The notes beneath the pieces were generated by a model, which worked only from the letters and a program-made list of their open reading frames with translations, was not told the DNA's origin and searched no databases. From positions 1 through 13,861 of the forward strand of contig JBIOXB010000015.1 of NCBI GenBank assembly GCA_044869275.1: a stretch of 13,861 nucleotides of DNA, written 5' to 3'. Position numbers and translations under genes: made by a program. The stretch is from a bacterium. GTDB lineage: Bacteria; Zhuqueibacterota; Zhuqueibacteria; Zhuqueibacterales; Zhuqueibacteraceae. This document shows positions 7,557 to 13,861 of this stretch, piece by piece (positions within the stretch are counted from its first letter, which is position 1; each line of letters opens with the position of its first letter).

Positions 7557-9707
7557 TCACCGCTTTTCCACGCTCACAGTTTCCTCAATTTGCTTCAGCA
7601 TTCTTTGCGCGTTCGCGAAATTGGGATCCACTTCCAAAGCTTTTTTATAGTACCGGATCGCCTCCTGTTTTTCGCCTTTGTTCAAATGAAACTCGCCGAG
7701 GCTGTCATAGAGGTTGGCGACCTCGGGATGCAGCGCTACCGCTATCTCGAGCAAGGCGAGACCTGCATCGAGCTGGCCGGCGCGCATCAAGTCATAGGCG
7801 AGGCTATTCAAATCGCCCGCGCTGGTGGCGTCTCCGTTGTCGAAGTTCGCCGCCTTTTGCACGAGCGCGCGCGCCTGCTTTTTGTCGCCGCCGATGAGAT
7901 GGACAACCGCCAACGTGACCTGGGTGCGGTCCGATTGCGGATAAAGCTGTACGCTCGCTTCAGCCGCATGCCGGGCTTTTTCCAGTTCGCCCTTGCCGGC
8001 CAGGGAGCGGGTCGTGGTGGTGAGCGCGTCGATCAAGTCCGGATAAACCTCCGCGCCGGCAAAGAGAGTCTTGAGTTGCTGATCAACGGCGGCGACTTCC
8101 CATTCGGAGCTCAATTGCAGCTCGCGCACGAAGGCGGTGTTGGTGCGCTGCCAGTCGCTTCGCCACTTGGCAAGCATTTTCTCGAAAGCGGGGCTGAAGC
8201 GCAGGCTGCCGTGATTTTCACCCTGTTTGTAAGTCTCAACGTAATCGCCAAAGAAGGAAAACGCACCTTGGTTGCAATAGGTTTTCGCGCGCTCCACGCC
8301 GAAACGCGTAAGATTTTTGGCCGCCATGTACGAGCCCAGTTTGACAAAAGGCAGGCCCGCCGGGGAGGGATGCTGGCCCTCGTCAATCTGCCGCATGGCC
8401 TTGTCGAAACCCGAACGCAGGGCATTGCGATCCACACACTGATTAAAGTAAGCCAGCGCCGCGGCCAGCTCGGCGGGATCGTCGCTCAACGGCCGTTGAT
8501 GGCTTTCGAAATAGGCGAGGCCATTCTCGAAAACTTCCTTCATAGCCGAATAGATCGCGGATGCTTCCTTGCCTGCCGCGTATGTTGCCGTGTGCCAGCG
8601 TTCATCCGTGAGCAAATCGTACAAGCGCAGTACATAAGGCACCGGCGTGGCATCTTCGAAATTCATCGCAGCGGCCAGCGCCAGGTTGCGGCCGGGAAAA
8701 ACGTAAAGGACGGTACCGGTCTCCTGCTGGCTGCCGGTGTGGCTGACGATGAAACGGCCATTGAGCGAGCCGATCTCCCAGCCCATGCCGTAACCCGTGA
8801 GCCGCCCGTCGCGCGTTTGCATGGGAGTAAACATCAGGCTGGTGGTTTCTTTGGTCAGCGCTTTGTTCCCGATCACGCCTTGCGCAAATTTCAACAAATC
8901 GCCGACGGTGGAGCGCGTGCCGCCGCCGGCAAAACGGCTGCTGATGTCGACGAATTCCGAGTTTTTGATCTCATTGTTGATCAAGCGATAGCCACGCACG
9001 CGATGAGGAATGAGATCGACCGGGTTATCCATGCGCGTGGACTCCATGCCGAGCGGAGCCCAGAGGTGTTCGCGCATATAGTCGCCATAGGATTGTCCCG
9101 AGGCCCCTTCGATCGCGGCGCCGAGTAGATTGTAACCGTATGTGGTATAGCTGTACTTCGTGCCGGGCTCCGCGACGAGATCAAAATTCTCAAAAATCGC
9201 GAGGGCTTCACGCGTGTTCTTGTGCACCTTGATCGTTCCCTCGACGGAGTAGTCCTTGTAATGACTGACGCCGCCGAGATGCCCGAGCAGTTGCCGTACC
9301 GTCACCGGCCATTGCTTCTTGGGAAAGTAAGGGACATAGGTCTGCACTTCAGCGTCCAAATCGATCTTTCCTTTCTCAACAAGCTGCAGCACCGCCATTG
9401 CGGTCATGGGTTTGGTGACGGAAGCGAGACGAAAAGCAGATTCAGCTTTCATGAGCGTCTGATTTTCAACGTCCGAATAGCCAAAGCCTTTGATCCAGAC
9501 TTCGCCATCCATCATGAATCCAATGACCATGCCGGTTACTTTATCTTTTCCCATTTGCCCGAGCACCCATGGTTCGAACGCTTGCAGCTTGACCGCATAA
9601 CGATCCGAAGTTTGAGCAGCAGTCGAGGAGGTATGTTGTGCGGCGGCGAACGGTACAACAGCATAGACGAAAGCGATGGTCAGCAGGCGGCGCAAGATCT
9701 TTTGCAT
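7557..9707 (-). CDS. Secreted serine hydrolase of the beta-lactamase/class C (CubicO, peptidase S12)-like family with a helical middle region and C-terminal TPRs, 716 aa
   Basis: AGGAGC RBS (9714-9719) before ATG 9707. Signal peptide ending FAAA-Q. F-R-L-A-S-V-T-K carries the SxxK motif (9411-9422). Also LVEKGKIDLD, TVRQLLGHLGG, PGTKYSYTTYGYNLLG, PLGMEST, AGGGTRSTVGDLLKF and the SHTGS triad. TPR consensus at ANLYDSLGEFHLNKGEKQEAIRYYKKALEVDPNF. Confidence 0.92.
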   Translation of the reverse strand: MQKILRRLLTIAFVYAVVPFAAAQHTSSTAAQTSDRYAVKLQAFEPWVLGQMGKDKVTGMVIGFMMDGEVWIKGFGYSDVENQTLMKAESAFRLASVTKPMTAMAVLQLVEKGKIDLDAEVQTYVPYFPKKQWPVTVRQLLGHLGGVSHYKDYSVEGTIKVHKNTREALAIFENFDLVAEPGTKYSYTTYGYNLLGAAIEGASGQSYGDYMREHLWAPLGMESTRMDNPVDLIPHRVRGYRLINNEIKNSEFVDISSRFAGGGTRSTVGDLLKFAQGVIGNKALTKETTSLMFTPMQTRDGRLTGYGMGWEIGSLNGRFIVSHTGSQQETGTVLYVFPGRNLALAAAMNFEDATPVPYVLRLYDLLTDERWHTATYAAGKEASAIYSAMKEVFENGLAYFESHQRPLSDDPAELAAALAYFNQCVDRNALRSGFDKAMRQIDEGQHPSPAGLPFVKLGSYMAAKNLTRFGVERAKTYCNQGAFSFFGDYVETYKQGENHGSLRFSPAFEKMLAKWRSDWQRTNTAFVRELQLSSEWEVAAVDQQLKTLFAGAEVYPDLIDALTTTTRSLAGKGELEKARHAAEASVQLYPQSDRTQVTLAVVHLIGGDKKQARALVQKAANFDNGDATSAGDLNSLAYDLMRAGQLDAGLALLEIAVALHPEVANLYDSLGEFHLNKGEKQEAIRYYKKALEVDPNFANAQRMLKQIEETVSVEKR

Positions 9708-9861
9708 GGGAATGCTCCTGATTTCTAGATCATCATTATTGCAAACAGAAACCACAGCGGCAAGTTAGAAAGGTTTAATGCTCTGCCTCGTAAATTCAGT
9801 GACGTTTTTACATTTTGCAGCTAATCATCTGATTTCTTTTTCGGCCAATCCCCAGGCTCTT

Positions 9862-10033
9862 AATCCCGAAGGGATGCAATGATTATAGCTTGATTCCACG
9901 AAATCCGCATTTCTAACCCCGCAGGGGTGAAATACTATCGATCCAGCCATTCCTTTTTCCTCCTATTTCACCCCTCCGGGGTTCGGGAATGCTTACGGCT
10001 GTCGTATATAATCATGTCACCGCTTCGCGGTTT
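9862..10033. repeat. Nested REP/REPIN-like array of four GNA-triloop hairpin units, oriented forward, forward, reverse, reverse
   Basis: AATCCCGAAGGGATGCAATGATTATA (from 9862), AACCCCGCAGGGGTGAAATA (from 9915), reverse complement AACCCCGGAGGGGTGAAATA (ending 9983) and reverse complement AACCGCGAAGCGGTGACATGATTATA (ending 10032). Confidence 0.85.
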
Positions 10034-10160
10034 GCTTTCGGCGGCTTTGGTTTTGGTGATGACGGCATTGGAATAAATTCGTGATCGAAGTTCTGAAAGT
10101 GTGCTTTTAGCTCAGTAGCAGTGTGTTGCAGTGCAATATCAAAAAAATCGTACGAATTTG

Positions 10161-10249
10161 GCCATCTAAAGCAAGCTTTGCTCCCATGGAACTGGAACAC
10201 ACGGAAATTGGAAAAAACTTCCGTGGCAGTTCCAATTCCGTGGGCGATT
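10161..10249. repeat. ~90-bp palindromic repeat, copy A (CCACGGAA...TTCCGTGG family)
   Basis: Direct repeat of 12398-12491: the first 46 nt are 36/46 identical and the last 32 nt are 30/32 identical, with a variable loop. Internally inverted: CCCATGGAA..GGAAC.CACGGAA / TTCCGTG..GTTCC..TTCCGTGGG. Confidence 0.85.
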
Positions 10250-10319
10250 CTTTAGGCTTTGGTTTCATATCGTTAGTACCACAACGTTAAGTTCACATTT
10301 TTGCACTAAAAACCAGCAC

Positions 10320-10414
10320 TGTCATGCCGAGGCTTCGGGATTTTCCCATGATACAATATTACAGTCCAATTTGGCATTGTGCCCAGTGCTTGGGAAGATC
10401 CCTCCGGGATGACA
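10320..10414. repeat. REP-like inverted repeat pair (TGTCAT...ATGACA), related to 721-830
   Basis: TGTCATGCCG...GGATTTTCCCA pairs with TGGGAAGATCC-CTCCGGGATGACA. The right arm GATCCCTCCGGGATGAC resembles GATTCTTCCAGAGTGAC (798-814), and both are followed by CAAGTCA. Confidence 0.65.
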
Positions 10415-10620
10415 TGAATCGGGCAAGGTCAGCCAAGTCAACATTGTCAAGCTAAGAAACTCCTGAAGAGTTATGAAATTCCAACAACTATGCCAATCTG
10501 ATTTTTTTGAGTTTAATACGAGAGTTTAGATTGGAGGGGGTGAAGAATGTGCGGTAGCAAAACACTCACTATACGCCAGCGAACAGAATCTTGCGGCTTC
10601 TTGTTTGTGAATAAATCAAG

Positions 10621-12345
10621 TTAGTGGCTGTTTGCAAGGCGGGGGAGAGGCGCCATTTTCCTCAATGCGGACCAATGATGTCCGTCAAAAGCCCAGGTAT
10701 CCCCAAAAATATTTTCTCCATCGTGTCCGCCAAAGAGCACGATTCTTTTATTTTTAGCCTCGTAAACCATGGCGGAATGATTGCGGGCGGCAGGACCTGA
10801 GGTGTCGATCTTGGTCCAAGAAACGCCATCATACTCCCAAGTATCGTTCGTTCTTGCCTGTCCATCCCAGCCGCCAAAACGGATGACCTTGCCTTTGTCT
10901 TTATCGTAGGTCATGGCGGCATTGTAGCGTCTCTCAGAATCGGCTGTGCGAATCTGGGTCCATTGTTGGCCATCCCACTCCCACGTTTGCCCTCGAGACC
11001 GTTCGGCATTTTGCCCCCAAAGCACGACGACACGGCGCAACTCGTCATAAACCATGGTTGTTCCACTCTGTGGAGGCGGGCCTTGCGCGCTCATCTTCAG
11101 CCATCTCGCGTCGTGCCATTCCCAAGTATCTCCCCAGCGCTTAATTTCGCCGTTGCTGCGGTGGTATCCTCCAAACAGAACGAGGTGTGCTCGTTTATGA
11201 TCGAAAGCCATGCCGGCCTCAGCTCTTGCGGAAGGACCCGCAGTGGCAACTTGTTTCCATTCCTTTCCATCCCAGGTCCATGTATCATTCAGAAATGTGT
11301 TTTCATCTTTGCCATTGCCAAAAAGAACCCGGTTCCCTCCAAACATGACAATTTGTTGGCGGGCGTTGTCGTAAGTCATCGCTGCAAAGGTTCGTGGCGC
11401 CGGGCCAGCGGCGCTTATTCGGATCCAATTATCGTTCTGCCATTCCCAAGTGTCACCATACACTTTGGAGATTCCAGCCCCACCGAATAGAACAATCTTC
11501 CCGCGATGTTCATCGTAGCCCATGACATGTGCGTTGCGGAACAGTTGATTAGTGTCGATAACCGGCAAATCTACTTGGTAAATATCTCCTGGCGGCCTTC
11601 CCTGCACTTGATCTCCGCTGACTATTCCAGGCCGCTCTGAAGTGAAAAACAAATACTTTCCATCTGGACTAATGCAGGGCGCGAAGTCAGATTGCGGTGA
11701 ATTTATTCTCTCTCCCAAATTCACTGGATGCGACCAACTCTCCTCATCGAAAAAACTCATATATAGATCGCTGCCACCATATCCCCCTAGATCCGAGGTC
11801 GCGAAAACCAGCAGATGCCCGTCGGGGGAAATAAAGGGATTTCCCACACTGACATCGTTGGGGATATTTAGTTCTACCGGTTCTGGCGCGCTATAGACTC
11901 CATCTCTAAAACATGAGCGCAATATTATGTTTCTACCCTTCTGATTCGCGTCCGAACTGAAATAAATAATGCCATCTCGAGTCATTGACACGAATACTTC
12001 ATTTGCGTCGCTGTTCAATGGCGAGCCTGGATTGACTGATTTGCTCCACTTGCCGTTCTCAAATGTTGATTCCACAATATTGAGAGTTTTTCGATCCGTT
12101 GAAGCGATATTGAAATGCACTTTCTTGCCATCGTGTGTAAATGAGGTGGAGAACTCCGGGAGTTCGGTCGAGACAATCTTCTGTCCAAGAATTCGGGGCG
12201 CGGTCAAGGGTTCGTTGAAAATGTAGGGAGGATCAACCAGCTCAGTACTTTGGCCGGAGGCGGTGCATGAAAAAAGCAGAGTTGGTAACAAAATCGCTAT
12301 AAGGAGGTGCCTGAGTAAATTTTTGGACTCGAGTTGAATCGGCAT
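10621..12345 (-). CDS. Putative lipoprotein with an N-terminal PD40/TolB-like propeller and a C-terminal six-bladed Kelch propeller, about 574 aa
   Basis: Probable start MPIQLESKNLLRHLLIAILLPTLLFS-C (lipobox-like); the RBS is weak, and the ORF-track start at 12453 lies inside repeat copy B. PD40 motifs GNPFISPDG, GGYGGSDLY, WSHPVNLGERINS and DFAPCISPDGKYLFFTSER. Six Kelch repeats R-x(3)-M-x-[YF][DE]...[LMR]FGG...DTW-x-[WYF]DG-x-x-W at 10621-11538, the fourth degenerate (LWGQ). Confidence 0.85.
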   Translation of the reverse strand: MPIQLESKNLLRHLLIAILLPTLLFSCTASGQSTELVDPPYIFNEPLTAPRILGQKIVSTELPEFSTSFTHDGKKVHFNIASTDRKTLNIVESTFENGKWSKSVNPGSPLNSDANEVFVSMTRDGIIYFSSDANQKGRNIILRSCFRDGVYSAPEPVELNIPNDVSVGNPFISPDGHLLVFATSDLGGYGGSDLYMSFFDEESWSHPVNLGERINSPQSDFAPCISPDGKYLFFTSERPGIVSGDQVQGRPPGDIYQVDLPVIDTNQLFRNAHVMGYDEHRGKIVLFGGAGISKVYGDTWEWQNDNWIRISAAGPAPRTFAAMTYDNARQQIVMFGGNRVLFGNGKDENTFLNDTWTWDGKEWKQVATAGPSARAEAGMAFDHKRAHLVLFGGYHRSNGEIKRWGDTWEWHDARWLKMSAQGPPPQSGTTMVYDELRRVVVLWGQNAERSRGQTWEWDGQQWTQIRTADSERRYNAAMTYDKDKGKVIRFGGWDGQARTNDTWEYDGVSWTKIDTSGPAARNHSAMVYEAKNKRIVLFGGHDGENIFGDTWAFDGHHWSALRKMAPLPRLANSH

Positions 12346-12397
12346 TCCATTTCCATTCGTTTGTGGTGTCCAGGCGACTGGCCCCTGTACATGTTCA

Positions 12398-12491
12398 GCC
12401 ATCTGAAACAAGCTATTCACCCACGAAAATCGAACCCACGGAATCGAATTCAAGAAATCCTTCCGTGGGAGTTCTAATTCCGTGGGCGATT
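12398..12491. repeat. ~90-bp palindromic repeat, copy B
   Basis: GCCATCTGAAACAAGCT...CCCACGAAAATCGAACCCACGGAA-loop-TTCCGTGGGAGTTCTAATTCCGTGGGCGATT, a direct repeat of 10161-10249. Confidence 0.85.
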
Positions 12492-12616
12492 TTTCTCATC
12501 GATTTGAGGCGAAGCTTTGCTGGATTCTTGCAAACCAATAGGCTTCTAACACAGCCAATCCCGAAAGTGTGCGGCGATCCGAGTGCAAGAAGCTTTTTTG
12601 CGACAGCCTGGTGAAT

Positions 12617-12670
12617 GGCGGGCATCCAGAACACATGCACAGCATGGACTCCCGCTTTCGCGGGAGTGAC
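12617..12670. repeat. GTCAYTCCCGCGAAAGCGGGARTCCA-type REP: one complete copy plus a truncated inverted partner
   Basis: The reverse complement of 12645-12670 is GTCACTCCCGC-GAAA-GCGGGAGTCCA (8-bp stem, GAAA loop). GGCGGGCATCCAG at 12617-12629 looks like the 3' half of an inverted copy. Confidence 0.75.
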
Positions 12671-12747
12671 TTTTCGGATCGAAGTTCACGAAATCCTACA
12701 CACTCATATCATCTATCCATTCACAGGAGTAATATGGATAGGACGAC

Positions 12748-13740
12748 TCAGGGTCGAGCGACGTTCAATTTCAACACCCGAGCCAGAAATGTCATTTCAT
12801 CCGTTCGCGAATCGATCACCTGCTCCGGCGTCACGCCAAAATTATGCCCCGCGCCCCACATCATCTTTAGGAGAACGGGAGGTTCACATCCTTGCGCGGC
12901 CTGCAGCGCGGCGGTGAATTTATAAGCATGCAGCGGCACAGTCACTTCATCGCGATCGCCAACCATAATTAGCGTGGGCGGATAACACTGGCCTGGCTTG
13001 ATGTTGTGATATGGGGAGTAAGCGTACAGCGCTTTGAACTCTTCCGGATTTGTGGAGGATCCGAACTCTTGTATCCAGTGCGTGGCGCCGGTAAATTTGT
13101 CGAAGCGAATCATATCGAGCGCCGGCCGGTCGATGATGCTTGCGCCGAACAAATCAGGGCATTGGATAATGGCGGCGCCTACCAATGAACCGCTGGCGCT
13201 GCCGCCGTTGGCGACCAGCTTGGAGGGCGAGGCATATTTATTGGCAATTAGCCATTCCGCCGCGGCGAGGTAATCATCAATGGCATTCTGCTTATCGCGC
13301 TTCGTGCCGGCTTGATGCCAGGCTTCACCGTATTCTCCTCCGCCGCGAATGCTCGGCTGCGCATAAATGCCGCCCAGTTCCATCCAGACCATGAGATGCG
13401 GCTGATACCACAGAAATGAAGACCAGCCGAAGGCGCCGTAGCCATAGATGAAGGCTGGATTATTGCCATCTGGGTGCATCCCCTGCTTGTGGGAGATAAA
13501 CATCGGAATGCGCGTGCCGTCCTTGCTCCTGTAAAAAACCTGCTTGGTGACGAAGCTGTCTGGATTGAAGCCCAATTGCGACCGGCGAAAGATCGTGGTC
13601 TTTCCGGTTTTGAGATCCAAGCGATGAATCGAGCTGGGATCGGTGAGGCCCAGGAATTGATAAAAAACTTCGTGGCCAATTTGTGTCCCACTAAAGCCTC
13701 CCCAAATCGAGCCGCCGCTCGGCAAATCTACTTTACTCAA
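12748..13740 (-). pseudogene. Prolyl oligopeptidase family (S9A) peptidase, 5'-truncated or interrupted; retains the last propeller segment and the catalytic alpha/beta-hydrolase domain
   Basis: Hallmarks QVFYRSKDGTRIPMF, YGYGAFG, IRGGGEYGEAWHQAG, DDYLAAAEWLI, GGSASG (Ser), LDMIRF, YSPYHNI, GDRDEV (Asp) and GAGH (His). Only 330 aa versus about 700 for typical S9A enzymes. It has a TTG start with no clear RBS, and the frame is closed by TGA at 13801-13803. Confidence 0.75.
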
Positions 13741-13859
13741 CTTTCTGACTTCGTGATTTGAGGCTGTAAAAACAGGCCTGCGGCGACACTCATTAGATCG
13801 TCAATTAATTGCGTCAGAAGTTTTTCGCCGAGCTCCCATCGCTGCCTTAACCGTTCAAT
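13737..13859 (-). CDS. 3' end of an ORF entering from beyond the window (…IERLRQRWELGEKLLTQLIDDLMSVAAGLFLQPQITKSES*); identity unknown, possibly part of an inserted element
   Basis: It is the only minus-strand frame open across 13859-13740. It reads as an amphipathic helix and does not resemble a POP propeller. Its TGA (13739-13737) overlaps the TTG of the peptidase fragment. Confidence 0.45.
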   Translation of the reverse strand: MERLRQRWELGEKLLTQLIDDLMSVAAGLFLQPQITKSES

Positions 13860-13861
13860 CA

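Noticed and set aside
7040..7897. 285-aa + strand ORF
   Set aside because: It overlaps two minus-strand genes in antisense and has an Arg/Ser/Pro-rich, non-globular composition.
7464..9128. 554-aa ORF on the + strand
   Set aside because: It is the antisense shadow of the well-supported serine hydrolase. It has no motifs or RBS, and such shadows are common opposite GC-rich genes.
9862..10033. Possible mini-CRISPR array
   Set aside because: The units are in both orientations and diverged, spacing is irregular, and there are no cas genes. A REP-type element fits better.
10012..10200. 62-aa minus-strand ORF, and similar short ORFs at 6150-6397 and 12363-12925
   Set aside because: They run through palindromic repeats or antisense to real genes and lack an RBS or protein-like features.
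12540..12610. Possible MITE bounded by AGGCT...TTTTTTGCGACAGCCT
   Set aside because: The right end looks like an IS terminal repeat, but the left end matches only about 5 nt and no target duplication is evident.

Overview
Bacterial window with no recognisable housekeeping operon, dominated by exported or envelope proteins. On the + strand are a small 8-stranded outer-membrane beta-barrel and a 1103-aa PD40 (TolB-like) propeller plus amidohydrolase. On the - strand are a secreted HEAT-repeat protein with a 384-bp higher-order duplication, a 72-aa hypothetical protein, a lipocalin/FABP-like protein, a beta-lactamase-family serine hydrolase with a TPR tail, and a PD40+Kelch lipoprotein. Also on the - strand is a prolyl oligopeptidase (S9A) whose N-terminal half is missing, replaced at about 13740 by unrelated coding sequence, possibly an insertion element. 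The intergenic spaces hold several families of palindromic repeats. The most striking are a nested four-unit array of GNA-triloop hairpins with compensatory substitutions (9862-10033) and a ~90-bp direct repeat pair bracketing the PD40-Kelch gene. I found no tRNA, rRNA, CRISPR array, integrase or recognisable transposase domain. I cannot claim a new system from sequence alone; the repeat architecture and the split peptidase are the best leads.
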